Positions 28,263 to 38,386 of a stretch of 64,000 bases of DNA are shown piece by piece. A model generated the notes under the pieces. It was given only the letters and a program-made list of their open reading frames with translations. It did not search any database and had not been told where the DNA came from. Made by a program: the position numbers and the translations under genes. The stretch's first letter is position 1, and each line of letters starts with the position of its first letter. Origin of the DNA: Actinomycetota bacterium. Its GTDB lineage: Bacteria; Actinomycetota; UBA4738; JBJMLN01. Location: contig JBJMLN010000080.1 of assembly GCA_045805285.1 (NCBI GenBank), forward strand, positions 17,705-81,704, read 5' to 3'.

Positions 28263-29308
28263 CCCCCATCCTCATCGCCGCCGCCGTCGGGCTCGCCGTC
28301 ACCCTCCTCGGCACACCCGTCGCGATCCGTCTGTTCCGCGCGTGGGGATGGGGCCAGCGCATCCGGGAGGACGGTCCGCACTCCCACCTCGAGAAGATGG
28401 GCACCCCGACGATGGGCGGGACGGTCATCCTGATCGGGATCCTCGTCGCGTATCTCGCCGCGCGGGTCGTCTTCGAGGGTTTCACCGCGGCCGCGCTCTG
28501 CATCCTGGCCGCGGGCCTCGGGCTCGGTCTGATCGGGTTCGTCGACGACTACATCAAGGTGCGGCAGCGCCGCTCGCTCGGCCTCTCCAAGGCGGGCAAG
28601 ACGATCGGACAGGCGCTCGTCGCGGCGGCGTTCGGCATCCTCGCCGTCCACTTCGCGCACGTCTCCACGCATCTGTCGTTCCTGCGGGAGACCGCGCTCG
28701 ACCTCGGCATCTTCTTCTACGTGTGGGTGTTCGTCATGCTCTCCGCGGCCTCGAACGGCGTGAACCTCACCGACGGGCTGGACGGGCTCGCATCCGGTTC
28801 CTCGGTGCTCGTGTTCGCCGCGTACGTGTTCATCGCGTTCTGGGAGTTCCGACACACCTGCGGCGTGCGACCGAGCGCGACCTGCTACCACATGAGCACG
28901 AGCGCGGCGCTCGATACCGCGATCGTTGCCGCGGGCGCCATGGGAGCGGTGGCGGGATTCCTCTGGTGGAACGCCGCGCCCGCGCGCATCTTCATGGGGG
29001 ACACCGGCTCGCTCGCGCTCGGCGGCCTGATCGGGGCGCTCGCGATCACGACGAACACGCAGCTGTTGTTGATCGTCCTCGGTGGCCTCTTCGTTCTGGA
29101 GACGAGCTCGGTGATCGTGCAGGTCGTCTCGTTCCGCTTGTTCGGTCGGCGGGTGTTTCGAATGGCGCCGATCCACCACCATTTCGAGCTTGCCGGGTGG
29201 CCGGAGTTCACCGTGATCGTCCGATTGTGGATCCTCGCGGGGCTCGCCGTCGCGTTCGGCGTCGGTCTCTTCTATGCCGACTTCCTCGCGCGTGGAGGCG
29301 TGCGATGA
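28259..29308 (+). CDS. mraY: phospho-N-acetylmuramoyl-pentapeptide transferase MraY
   Basis: MraY motifs TPTMGG, NGVNLTDGLDGLA, MGDTGSLALGG. GTGA overlap with murF. Confidence 0.9.
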   Translation: MTPILIAAAVGLAVTLLGTPVAIRLFRAWGWGQRIREDGPHSHLEKMGTPTMGGTVILIGILVAYLAARVVFEGFTAAALCILAAGLGLGLIGFVDDYIKVRQRRSLGLSKAGKTIGQALVAAAFGILAVHFAHVSTHLSFLRETALDLGIFFYVWVFVMLSAASNGVNLTDGLDGLASGSSVLVFAAYVFIAFWEFRHTCGVRPSATCYHMSTSAALDTAIVAAGAMGAVAGFLWWNAAPARIFMGDTGSLALGGLIGALAITTNTQLLLIVLGGLFVLETSSVIVQVVSFRLFGRRVFRMAPIHHHFELAGWPEFTVIVRLWILAGLAVAFGVGLFYADFLARGGVR

Positions 29309-30654
29309 GCGCGTTCGACGGCGAGCGCGCGCTCGTGATCGGCCTCGGCGTGAGCGGAGCGGCGGCGGCGCGCGTCCTCCGCGAGGAGGGAGCGACCGTC
29401 CGCATCTCCGAGGCGGGCCTCCGAGAGCGCGCTTCCGGAGCGGCGTCGATCGGCGACCTCGACGTGGAGGTCCTCGACGGCGGCAACGACGCGTCGCATC
29501 TGCGCGACGCGACGCTCGTCGTGACGAGCCCGGGCGTCCCGCAGGGCGCGCCGATCCTTCGGGCCGCGCTCGACCACGGCATCCCGGTGTGGAGCGAGCT
29601 CGAGCTCGGCGCGCGGTTGTGCCGCGTTCCCTACGTCGGCGTGACCGGGACGAACGGGAAGACGACCACGACCGAGATGCTCGCCGCGTCGATGCGCGCG
29701 GACGGCCGCGACGCTGTCGCGTGCGGGAACGTCGGGCATCCGTTCTGCCTCGCCGCCCGCGAGCCGCACGACGCGCTCGCCGTGGAGGCGTCGTCGTTCC
29801 AGCTCCGCTTCTCCGAGTCGTTCCACCCACGCGTGTCGGTGTTGTTGAACCTCGCGGAGGACCACCTCGACTGGCACGGGAACTTCGAGGCGTACGCGGA
29901 CGCGAAGGCGCGGATCTTCGCCCTCCAGGACGGTGGAGACGTCCACGTCGGCAACCGCGACGACCATGCGGCTGCGGCGATCTCGTCGAAGGCGCCGGCC
30001 CGTGTGGTCTGGACGACGCTCGCGGAGCCGCGCGACGGAGAGGTGGGCTGCCGCGGAGACGAGATCGTGGCGCTTCTCGGAGACGCCCACGCGTTCCCGG
30101 TCCCGGCGGAGGGCGGTCGCGGCCGCCGCGCCGACGCGGTGGCCGCCGTCGCGGCCGGACTGTCCTTCGGGCTTTCCACGAGGGCGATCGCGGAGGGCGT
30201 CGACGTTGTGGCCCCGCTCTCGCACCGCGGAGCGACGGTCGCGCGAGCCGGATCGATCCGGTTCGTCGACGACTCGAAGGCCACCAACCCACACGCGGCG
30301 CTCGCAGCGCTCGAGGGCCTCGACGACGTGGTGCTGATCGCCGGCGGCCGGGCCAAGGGAGTGGATCTGTCTCCGCTCGCGGCGGCCGCGCCGCGGATGG
30401 CCGGCGTCGTCGCGATCGGCGAGGCCGCGGAGGACCTCGTGCGCATCTTCTCCTCGCTCGTTCCGACCAGGACCGCCGGCTCGATCGAGGAGGCCACTCG
30501 GATCGCGTTCGACCTCGCGCCCGAAGCGGGGACGGTGCTCCTCGCTCCGGCCTGCGCGAGCCAGGACATGTTCAGGGACTATCGAGAGCGGGGGGAGCGG
30601 TTCGCCGCAGCCGCCGTCCGGATCGCGGAAGGAGTTCCCGCCACCCATGGCTAG
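29305..30654 (+). CDS. murD: UDP-N-acetylmuramoylalanine--D-glutamate ligase MurD
   Basis: Rossmann N-terminus VIGLGVSGAAAA, GVTGTNGKTTTT, DHLDWHG. ATGA overlap with mraY. Confidence 0.9.
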   Translation: MSAFDGERALVIGLGVSGAAAARVLREEGATVRISEAGLRERASGAASIGDLDVEVLDGGNDASHLRDATLVVTSPGVPQGAPILRAALDHGIPVWSELELGARLCRVPYVGVTGTNGKTTTTEMLAASMRADGRDAVACGNVGHPFCLAAREPHDALAVEASSFQLRFSESFHPRVSVLLNLAEDHLDWHGNFEAYADAKARIFALQDGGDVHVGNRDDHAAAAISSKAPARVVWTTLAEPRDGEVGCRGDEIVALLGDAHAFPVPAEGGRGRRADAVAAVAAGLSFGLSTRAIAEGVDVVAPLSHRGATVARAGSIRFVDDSKATNPHAALAALEGLDDVVLIAGGRAKGVDLSPLAAAAPRMAGVVAIGEAAEDLVRIFSSLVPTRTAGSIEEATRIAFDLAPEAGTVLLAPACASQDMFRDYRERGERFAAAAVRIAEGVPATHG

Positions 30655-31933
30655 CCGTTCGCTTCCCGCCCCTCGTCATCTCCGCGTCGTCACCGGAACG
30701 GAGCGAGCGAGCGCCATCTCGCGATGGACGACGTCGCCGCGGCGCACGCTCGCGATCCTCCTCGGTTCCACGACGATCCTCACGATCGTCGGCGTCGTCA
30801 TGGTGCTCTCCGCGAGCTACGTCTTCTCCTACGTGGAGTACGGCTCGAGCTTCCTGTTCTTCAAGCGGCAGGCGGTGTACGCGGTCGTCGGGTTCGGCGC
30901 GTTGCTGCTGACGTCGCGGATGCGTTACACGGTCTGGCAGCGGCTCGCGGCGCCGTTCCTCGGCATCACGATCCTGCTGCTCGTCCTGGTGCTGCATCCC
31001 TCGGCGGGAACGGTCGCCGGCGGCTCCGCGCGGTGGATCGCGCTCGGGCCGGTCACGATCCAGCCGTCTGAGTTCGCGAAGCTCGCGCTGATCGCGTTCG
31101 GCGCGACGGTGCTCTCGCGGCGATGGAAGGACCTCGACGACCTCCGGACGCTGCTGCTGCCGCTCCTGCCCGTGACGCTCGTCGTCTGCGGCCTCGTCAT
31201 GCTCCAGCCGGACCTCGGCACGACCGTGATCCTCGCGGGATCGATGTTCATGCTCGTCTTCGCGACCGGCATCTCGATCAAGCGCTTCATCGCGGGGACC
31301 GCAACCGCGGCCGGGCTCGGGACGATCCTGATCCTCACGGAGACGTACCGGCGCGAACGGCTGCTGTCGTTCCTGCATCCGTGGCAGGACCCGGCGAACA
31401 AGGGCTACCAGCTGATCCAGTCGCTGATCGCGCTCGGATCCGGAGGTTGGTTCGGCGTCGGGCTCGGCGCCAGCCGGCAGAAATGGCTCTATGTCCCGAA
31501 CGCGCATACCGACTTCATCTTCGCCGTGCTGGGAGAGGAGCTCGGGCTGATCGGAGAGCTCGTCGTGATCGCGTTGTTCTGCGCCCTCCTCTACAGCGGC
31601 ATCCGGATCGCTGCGAAGGCGCCCGACGCCTTCGGCCGCCTCCTCGCGGGGGGCATCGTGTCGTGGCTCGGTCTGCAGGTCGTGGTCAACCTCGGCGCAG
31701 TCACGGGCCTGCTTCCGGTGACCGGCGTGCCGCTGCCGCTGATGTCCTTCGGCGGCTCGTCGCTCGTGGTCTCGCTCGCCGCGATCGGCATCCTGGTGAA
31801 CATCGGCCGCGCGGAGACGGCTGCAGAGGTCAGGGCCGGCGACGCGAACCGGTCGCAACGAAGCGCCTCGTCAGCACGTGCGACCCCGCGGGGTACGAAG
31901 GAAACCCCAGCGAAGACCGGGAGCCGGCGGTGA
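30647..31933 (+). CDS. ftsW: SEDS-family peptidoglycan glycosyltransferase FtsW
   Basis: FtsW/RodA family 10-TM protein (…IQPSEFAKLAL…SLIALGSGGWFGVGLG…PLPLMSFGGSS). Confidence 0.9.
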   Translation: MASRSLPAPRHLRVVTGTERASAISRWTTSPRRTLAILLGSTTILTIVGVVMVLSASYVFSYVEYGSSFLFFKRQAVYAVVGFGALLLTSRMRYTVWQRLAAPFLGITILLLVLVLHPSAGTVAGGSARWIALGPVTIQPSEFAKLALIAFGATVLSRRWKDLDDLRTLLLPLLPVTLVVCGLVMLQPDLGTTVILAGSMFMLVFATGISIKRFIAGTATAAGLGTILILTETYRRERLLSFLHPWQDPANKGYQLIQSLIALGSGGWFGVGLGASRQKWLYVPNAHTDFIFAVLGEELGLIGELVVIALFCALLYSGIRIAAKAPDAFGRLLAGGIVSWLGLQVVVNLGAVTGLLPVTGVPLPLMSFGGSSLVVSLAAIGILVNIGRAETAAEVRAGDANRSQRSASSARATPRGTKETPAKTGSRR

Positions 31934-33033
31934 AGGTGACGCTGGCCGGAGGCGGCACGGCCGGGCACGTCTTTCCGGCCCTCGCGGTCGGCCGAGAGCT
32001 GGTCGACCGCGGTGCCGACGTGGAGTTCGTCGGAACGCCCTCCGGCCTCGAGGCGAGCATCGTGCGCGACGCCGGGTTGCCGTTCCGGGAGACCGAGGCC
32101 GTCGCCGTCGCCGGACGCGGCCCGCTCAGCAAGGCGGCGGTCCCCTGGAGGCTGTACCGCGCGATCAACGCATGTCTCCCGCTCGTGGAATCCTCCGACG
32201 TCGTCGTCGGCATGGGCGGCTACGTCAGCGTTCCCGCCGTCGCGGCGGCGATCCGGCTGCGCCGACCGGTCGTCCTTCACGAGCAGAACAGCGTTCCGGG
32301 CCTCGCGAACCGGTGGCTCGCGCGGCCTGCGCGCGTCGTCGCCGTCTCCTTCTCCGAGACCGCGCGATCGTTCCCGCGCCGCGTCCGCACGGAGCTCACC
32401 GGCAACCCCGTCCGCGAGGAGATCGCCGCGGTGCGCGATCAGCGCGCCGTCCTCGCGAAGGAGGCGCTCCGGGAGTTCGATCTGGACGAGGGCCGGCGAA
32501 CCGTCCTGATCTTCGGCGGCAGCCAGGGAGCGCGCCGCATCAACGAGGCGACGGTCGGAGCGATCCAGAGGCTCCACGAACGTTCCGATCTCCAGATCCT
32601 TTTCGCCTGCGGGCCGCGGAACCTCGACGATGTCCGCGCGAGTCTTCCGCCGACCGACGGTCTGGACGTTCGGCTCTTCCCGTTCCTCGAACGGATGGAT
32701 CTCGCGCTCGCCGCCGCGGATCTCGCCGTCTGCCGGAGCGGGGCGACGACGGTCGCGGATCTCACCTGCTGCGGTGTGCCGGCGATCCTCGTGCCGTACC
32801 CGCACCACCGTGACCGCCAGCAGGAGCTGAACGCGCGCATCCTTTCGAGAGACGGCGCGGCCGTCGTGCTCTCCGACGAGGACCTGACGCCCGAGCTCCT
32901 CGCCGGTCGTATCGAAGATCTCCTCGGCGACGAGGCTCGCCTGCAGCGGATGGGGGCCCGCGCGGAGCTCCTCGGTCGTCCCGACGCCGCAGCGGCGCTC
33001 GCCGACATCATCGAGCGGGAGGCGAGGTCGTGA
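31930..33033 (+). CDS. murG: undecaprenyldiphospho-muramoylpentapeptide beta-N-acetylglucosaminyltransferase MurG
   Basis: N-terminus LAGGGTAGHVFPALAV and C-terminal GGSQGA motif. GTGA overlap with ftsW. Confidence 0.9.
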   Translation: MKVTLAGGGTAGHVFPALAVGRELVDRGADVEFVGTPSGLEASIVRDAGLPFRETEAVAVAGRGPLSKAAVPWRLYRAINACLPLVESSDVVVGMGGYVSVPAVAAAIRLRRPVVLHEQNSVPGLANRWLARPARVVAVSFSETARSFPRRVRTELTGNPVREEIAAVRDQRAVLAKEALREFDLDEGRRTVLIFGGSQGARRINEATVGAIQRLHERSDLQILFACGPRNLDDVRASLPPTDGLDVRLFPFLERMDLALAAADLAVCRSGATTVADLTCCGVPAILVPYPHHRDRQQELNARILSRDGAAVVLSDEDLTPELLAGRIEDLLGDEARLQRMGARAELLGRPDAAAALADIIEREARS

Positions 33034-34460
33034 GCGAACTGCCGGCGTACGTTCCGCCCGAGGGATCGATCCCGACGCTCGAGGTGCCGTCGCTCGGCGG
33101 TCTCCGCAGCGCCCATCTGATCGGGATCGGCGGCGCGGGGATGCGCGGCATCGCGCGGATCCTCCTCGCGCGCGGCGTCGCCGTCACCGGCAGCGACCTG
33201 AAGTCGTTCCCCGGCGACAACGAGCTGCGCGCGGCGGGCGCCGCCATCTCCATCGGTCACGATGCGGTGAACCTCGCTGATCCCGACGCCGTGGTCGTCT
33301 CCTCGGCGATCGCGCCGTCGAACCCGGAGCGCGTCGCCGCCCACGACCGCCGTATCCCGGTATACGCCCGCGCTCAGGTCCTCGCGGCGCTCACGAGCGG
33401 GGCAAGGACGTTCGCCGTTGCCGGAACGCACGGGAAAACGACGACGACATCGATGCTCGCGGTCGTCCTCGCTCGCGCCGGACTCGATCCGACCTACGTG
33501 ATCGGTGGGGACCTCAACGAGAGCGGCTCCGGTGCGCATTCCGGCGCCGGCGACGCGTTCGTCGCGGAGACCGACGAGAGCGACGGCTCCTTCCTGCTCT
33601 TCCGGCCCGAGGTCGGCATCGTCACGAACGTGGAGGAGGACCACCTCGACTTCTACGCAGGTGCCACGGAGATCCGAAGCGCCTTCGCGCGGTTCGCATC
33701 GCAGTCCGAGCACGTCGTGGCGTGGGGCGACGATCCGGGAACGCGCGCGGCGCTCGAGGCGTCCTCCGCGCGCGACGTCGTGACGTTCGGAAGCGGATCC
33801 GGGAACGACGCGCGACTGGCCGTTCCGGACGACGACGGCACACCTGCGGAGCTGCATCTCCCCGGTGGAGGAAGCGTGGAGCTCCGGCTGGCGGTCCCCG
33901 GCGAGCACAATCTGCGGAACGCTTCCGCGGCCCTGCTCGCCGCGCGGTTCGCCGGCGTCGATCCCGCCGCCGCTGCGGACGCGCTCGCTTCGTTCAGCGG
34001 GGTTCGCCGACGGTTCGAGTTCCGAGGCGAAGGACGCGGGGCGACGTTCGTGGACGACTACGCTCACCTGCCTTCCGAGATCGCGGTGACGCTCCGCGCC
34101 GCCCGAGGGAGGTCGCGCGGCCGGGTCGTCGCGGTGTTCCAGCCACATCGCTACACGAGGACGCAGGCGCTCTGGCGCCCGCTCGGGGAGAGCCTGGAGA
34201 ACGCCGACCTCGTCGTCGTCACCGACGTCTACGACGCGGGGGAGCAGCCGATCCCGGGCGTGTCCGGAAAGCTGTTGATCGACGCGCTCGCCGATGTCGA
34301 GCCCGCCCGCCGGATGGCATTCCTTCCGCGGCGTGGAGACGTCGTCCGTTACCTCGAGCGAGAGGTCCGCGACGGCGACCTCGTCCTCACGCTCGGCGCC
34401 GGCGACATCACGACGGTCGCCGACGAGGTGCTGGAACGCATCGGAGCCGACGGCGCATGA
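33030..34460 (+). CDS. murC: UDP-N-acetylmuramate--L-alanine ligase MurC
   Basis: HLIGIGGAGMRGIA, VAGTHGKTTTTSML, EDHLDFY. GTGA overlap with murG. Confidence 0.9.
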   Translation: MSELPAYVPPEGSIPTLEVPSLGGLRSAHLIGIGGAGMRGIARILLARGVAVTGSDLKSFPGDNELRAAGAAISIGHDAVNLADPDAVVVSSAIAPSNPERVAAHDRRIPVYARAQVLAALTSGARTFAVAGTHGKTTTTSMLAVVLARAGLDPTYVIGGDLNESGSGAHSGAGDAFVAETDESDGSFLLFRPEVGIVTNVEEDHLDFYAGATEIRSAFARFASQSEHVVAWGDDPGTRAALEASSARDVVTFGSGSGNDARLAVPDDDGTPAELHLPGGGSVELRLAVPGEHNLRNASAALLAARFAGVDPAAAADALASFSGVRRRFEFRGEGRGATFVDDYAHLPSEIAVTLRAARGRSRGRVVAVFQPHRYTRTQALWRPLGESLENADLVVVTDVYDAGEQPIPGVSGKLLIDALADVEPARRMAFLPRRGDVVRYLEREVRDGDLVLTLGAGDITTVADEVLERIGADGA

Positions 34461-35398
34461 GCACTCGAGGCGACGCGGTGGTTCGCGCCGAGGAGATCCT
34501 CAGGACGAACGCCACAGGCGAGGTTCGCGCCGACGTCGAGCTGGCTCCGTTGACGACGTTCCGGATCGGCGGTCCGGCGGCGCTCTACGTCGAGCCCGAG
34601 ACGGAGGACGACCTCCGGGTGCTCGCCGACGCGATGAGCGTGACCGGGCTCCCAGTCGCGGTCGTGGGGAAGGGGTCGAATCTCCTCGTGTCTGACCGCG
34701 GCTTCCCCGGGATCGCCGTACGCCTGGGAAAGGGATTCCGCTGGAGTCGCGTGGAAGGCTCCCGCGTGAGCGCCGGCGCCGCGATGCCGCTCCCAGCGCT
34801 TGCTGGAGTCGCGTCGTCGGCGGGTCTGGGCGGACTCGAGTTCGGCGTCGCGATCCCCGGGAGCGTCGGAGGCGCCGTGCGCATGAACGCGGGCGCCCAC
34901 GGCCGCGCGATCGCCGATGTGCTCCACGCGGCGGAGATCTTCTCCCTCGGAGCGGGGGAACGAACGACGCGGCCGGCGTCACAGCTCGGCTTCCGGTATC
35001 GGGGGAGCGACCTCGAGCCGGAGGATGTCGTCCTCTCGGCGTCCCTGTCGCTCGACTCGCGATCGGCCGAGGACATCCGTCGTGAGATGGACGAGGCGCG
35101 CGAGTGGCGGCGCCGAACGCAGCCGCTCGCCGAGCCCAACTGCGGAAGCGTGTTCGTCAACCCGCCGGGGGATCACGCCGCGCGGCTCATCGAGGCCGCC
35201 GGTGGAAAGGAGCTTTCCGTCGGCAGCGCCCGTGTTGCGGAGAAGCACGCGAACTTCATCGTGACGTCGCGGGGCGCTCGAGCCACCGACGTCCTCGAGC
35301 TCATCGGAAAGGTGCAGGACCTCGTCGCGGCCCGCTTCGACGTCCGACTCGAAACGGAGGTGCGCCTTGTTGGGAACTTCGATCCTGCGCCGGCTTGA
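34457..35398 (+). CDS. murB: UDP-N-acetylenolpyruvoylglucosamine reductase MurB
   Basis: FAD-binding PCMH domain (TTFRIGGPA…VVGKGSNLLVSD) and MurB C-terminal domain. ATGA overlap with murC. It occupies the slot where ddl sits in many dcw clusters. Confidence 0.85.
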   Translation: MSTRGDAVVRAEEILRTNATGEVRADVELAPLTTFRIGGPAALYVEPETEDDLRVLADAMSVTGLPVAVVGKGSNLLVSDRGFPGIAVRLGKGFRWSRVEGSRVSAGAAMPLPALAGVASSAGLGGLEFGVAIPGSVGGAVRMNAGAHGRAIADVLHAAEIFSLGAGERTTRPASQLGFRYRGSDLEPEDVVLSASLSLDSRSAEDIRREMDEAREWRRRTQPLAEPNCGSVFVNPPGDHAARLIEAAGGKELSVGSARVAEKHANFIVTSRGARATDVLELIGKVQDLVAARFDVRLETEVRLVGNFDPAPA

Positions 35399-36164
35399 CG
35401 TCGGTCGCCGGCACGACTTCACGCGCTGGCAACAGGTTCTGATCGCAGCGGTCGGGAGCGTCGTGGTGCTCGGCGCGGCGTTCGCCGTGTCGCGTTCATC
35501 GCTCTTCGCCGCGAGAGACATCCACGTGCACGCCGGGAGCGGAGGCAGGCTGTCCGAGCGGCAGGTGCTCCGGGTGGCCGGCCTGAGCGGCCACACGAAC
35601 GTGCTCTGGCTCTCCACCGGCTCGGTCGCGAGCCGACTCGAGGCGAGCCCATGGATCTCGCAGGCGACGGTCGAGAAGGAGCTCCCGTCGACGCTCCGCA
35701 TCTCGGTGCGGCAGGAGGAGCCGGTCCTCGCGCGGAAGACCGCAACGGGGTACGACCTCCTCGCCGGAAACGCCTCGGTGGTCCTCCACGCCGCGACGGA
35801 TCGCGGGCTGCCGGTCGTCTCCGCGGGGTCCGCCGGACAGGTCCGGGACGCCGCCGACGCGCTCGGCGCGATGAGCCCTTGGCTTCGAGATCAAATCGAC
35901 ACCGCATCGGTGGACGCCTCCGGAACGGTGTCGCTCCACCTGTCGTCGACGGACGCCGCGATCACCTACGGGACGGCGACCGATGCGATCCCGAAAGGAG
36001 TCGCGCTCGGCGGGATCGTCCGCTGGGCGGAGAGCCACCACGTCCAGCTCGGAGCCATCGACGTCTCCGCCCCATCGGCTCCGGTAGCGCGACCCGCAGG
36101 AACGGTCGCCCCGACGCCTGCGCCTTGTCATGGGAAGCAGCAAAGCAGTAACAACTGCGCTTGA
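35367..36164 (+). CDS. ftsQ: cell division protein FtsQ/DivIB
   Basis: Single TM then POTRA-like region (…VLRVAGLSGHTNVLWLSTGSVASRLEASPWISQATVEKELPSTLRISVRQEEP). TTG start per track overlaps the murB 3' end by 32 nt. Confidence 0.7.
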   Translation: MLGTSILRRLDVGRRHDFTRWQQVLIAAVGSVVVLGAAFAVSRSSLFAARDIHVHAGSGGRLSERQVLRVAGLSGHTNVLWLSTGSVASRLEASPWISQATVEKELPSTLRISVRQEEPVLARKTATGYDLLAGNASVVLHAATDRGLPVVSAGSAGQVRDAADALGAMSPWLRDQIDTASVDASGTVSLHLSSTDAAITYGTATDAIPKGVALGGIVRWAESHHVQLGAIDVSAPSAPVARPAGTVAPTPAPCHGKQQSSNNCA

Positions 36165-36306
36165 CGGAGCAGGACCTTCATTGTAGGTTTGCACAGTCTA
36201 CGTGAGGTTTAGATAACAATAACGTTGAGGTTGAGAGTTACGCTTTCGGCAGTCTCAGAGTCCGGCTGAGCGGGCATCCGGAGACGCGAAGACGGAGGCC
36301 GAGGGA

Positions 36307-37464
36307 ATGGCGGCACAGGCTCCCCAGAACTACCTGGCGGTGATCAAGGTCATCGGCGTCGGCGGCGGCGGCGTCAACGCGGTCAACCGCATGATCGAGG
36401 CCGGCCTCCGCGGCGTCGAGTTCATCGGCGTCAACACCGACGCCCAGACGCTCCTGATGTCTGACGCCGAGGTGAAGCTCGACATCGGGCGGGAGACCAC
36501 TCGAGGGCTCGGCGCCGGGTCGGACCCGGACATCGGCCGCTCCGCGGCGGACGAGCACCGCGACGAGATCGAGGAGATCCTCAAGGGCGCCGACATGGTG
36601 TTCATCACCGCCGGCGAGGGCGGCGGCACCGGCACCGGCGGCGCGCCGGTGATCGCCGACATCGCTCGGGAGCTCGGCGCGCTGACGATCGGCGTCGTCA
36701 CGCGGCCGTTCGCCTTCGAGGGCAAGCGCCGGGCGAGCCAGGCCGACATGGGGATCATGGAGCTCAAGAAGGCTGTCGACACCTTGATCGTCGTTCCCAA
36801 CGATCGCTTGCTCCAGGTGTCCGATCCGAACACTCCGATGGTGGAGGCGTTCCGCATGGCGGATCAGGTTCTCTATCAAGGAGTGGACGGGATCACCTCG
36901 CTCATCACGACGCCCGGCCTCATCAACCTCGACTTCGCCGACGTGAAGACCGTGATGACCGGGGCGGGCTCCGCCCTGATGGGCATCGGCCTCGGCGAGG
37001 GAGAGGACCGCGCGGAGGAGGCGGCGAAGGCCGCGATCTCCTCGCCGTTGCTCGAGTCCTCGATCGAGGGAGCGAAGGGTGTGCTCCTGTCGATCGCGGG
37101 ACCGACGGACCTGACACTGCACGAGGTGAACCGCGCGGCGGACCTCATCACGCGGGTCGCGCATTCGGAAGCGAACATCATCTTCGGGGCGGTCGTCGAC
37201 GACGCGCTCGGACAGGAGGTCCGGGTCACCGTCATCGCCGCGGGCTTCGACAAGCTTCCCCAGATCTCGGAGGGTCGCATCACGCGCCTGCTCGAGGTCG
37301 AGCCCGAGGAACCGCTCATCCCCGCGGTGGACGAGGAGCCGGCCGTGGCTCTCACCGCGTTGGAGGAGGACGAGGAGGAGGTCATCTTCCGCCCCGCCTC
37401 CGCAGATTCGGCGCTCTTCTCCGACGAGGAGGATCTCGACATCCCCGACTTCTTGAAGAGCTGA
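36307..37464 (+). CDS. ftsZ: cell division GTPase FtsZ
   Basis: Tubulin signature GGGTGTG ([16 protein letters not shown]) and the conserved C-terminal peptide DIPDFLK. Confidence 0.95.
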   Translation: MAAQAPQNYLAVIKVIGVGGGGVNAVNRMIEAGLRGVEFIGVNTDAQTLLMSDAEVKLDIGRETTRGLGAGSDPDIGRSAADEHRDEIEEILKGADMVFITAGEGGGTGTGGAPVIADIARELGALTIGVVTRPFAFEGKRRASQADMGIMELKKAVDTLIVVPNDRLLQVSDPNTPMVEAFRMADQVLYQGVDGITSLITTPGLINLDFADVKTVMTGAGSALMGIGLGEGEDRAEEAAKAAISSPLLESSIEGAKGVLLSIAGPTDLTLHEVNRAADLITRVAHSEANIIFGAVVDDALGQEVRVTVIAAGFDKLPQISEGRITRLLEVEPEEPLIPAVDEEPAVALTALEEDEEEVIFRPASADSALFSDEEDLDIPDFLKS

Positions 37465-37579
37465 AGCTCGACCGCCCCGCGCGGCCCGGCGGTCGTGGGG
37501 GCGGGGAGGAAAGCGAAGAGGCGCCCTTCCCCCGCCTCTCGCAGCCTCCCCGCCCTCTTTTCTTTGTGAGGAGACCTCG

Positions 37580-38386
37580 GTGGCGTTCGAACGACGGGAA
37601 CTCTCTGGGGACGTCCGCGCGTTGGTGAGCGAGCCCCTCGAGCGGATCGGCGTCCTTGCGGCGTTCCTCGAACGGACGGGCGGCGCGAGCGCCGCGCCCT
37701 ACGACACCCTCGACGTGTCGCTCTCCGTCGGCGACGAGCAGACCGCCGTCATGCAGAACCGGCAGCGCGTCTGCGAGGCCCTCGAGATCTCGCCGTACGC
37801 GCTCGTCGAGCAGGTCCACGGCGCGAAGATCGTCCGCGTCGGCGGCAAGCGCACGGGGGCGGGCTTCGAGCCGGGGTCGCCTCCCGTGGCGCGCGCGGAC
37901 GGGATGAGCACCGCGAGCGGACGGCTCCCGCTCGCGATCCAGTCGGCTGACTGCATGCCGCTCGTCCTCGCCTCTGCCGAGGAGCCGCTGGTCGCGATCG
38001 TCCACGCCGGATGGAGAGGGTTCGCCGCGGGCATCCTCGACGTCGCCGCCGCGCTGTTCGCCGAACGGAAAGGCGTGCGCGCCGCCATCGGGCCCACGAT
38101 CGGCCCGGATCACTACGAGGTCGGGGAGGACGTGGCGCTCGCGGTTTCCACCGGCTCGAGTGCCGGCGCGGTGACGGAGACGCGCGACGGCAAGTTGTTC
38201 CTCGATCTTCCGGGAACCGCGAAGCGCGTGCTCCGTGCCGCCGGTGTGACGAAGGTCGAGGACACCGGCGTCTGCACCGCGTGCGAGCCGGAGCGGTTCT
38301 TCTCCCACCGCCGCGACGGCGTCACCGGCAGGCAGGTGGCGATCGCGATGCGGATGCCGGTGTCGAAGACGAGGAAGCGGACGTGA
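37580..38386 (+). CDS. pgeF: peptidoglycan editing factor PgeF (YfiH/DUF152, Cu-oxidase_4 family)
   Basis: Conserved QVHGAKIVRV…ADCMPL…HAGWRG…C-x-x-C motifs. Start GTG 37580 is tentative; a slightly later start is possible. Confidence 0.8.
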   Translation: MAFERRELSGDVRALVSEPLERIGVLAAFLERTGGASAAPYDTLDVSLSVGDEQTAVMQNRQRVCEALEISPYALVEQVHGAKIVRVGGKRTGAGFEPGSPPVARADGMSTASGRLPLAIQSADCMPLVLASAEEPLVAIVHAGWRGFAAGILDVAAALFAERKGVRAAIGPTIGPDHYEVGEDVALAVSTGSSAGAVTETRDGKLFLDLPGTAKRVLRAAGVTKVEDTGVCTACEPERFFSHRRDGVTGRQVAIAMRMPVSKTRKRT

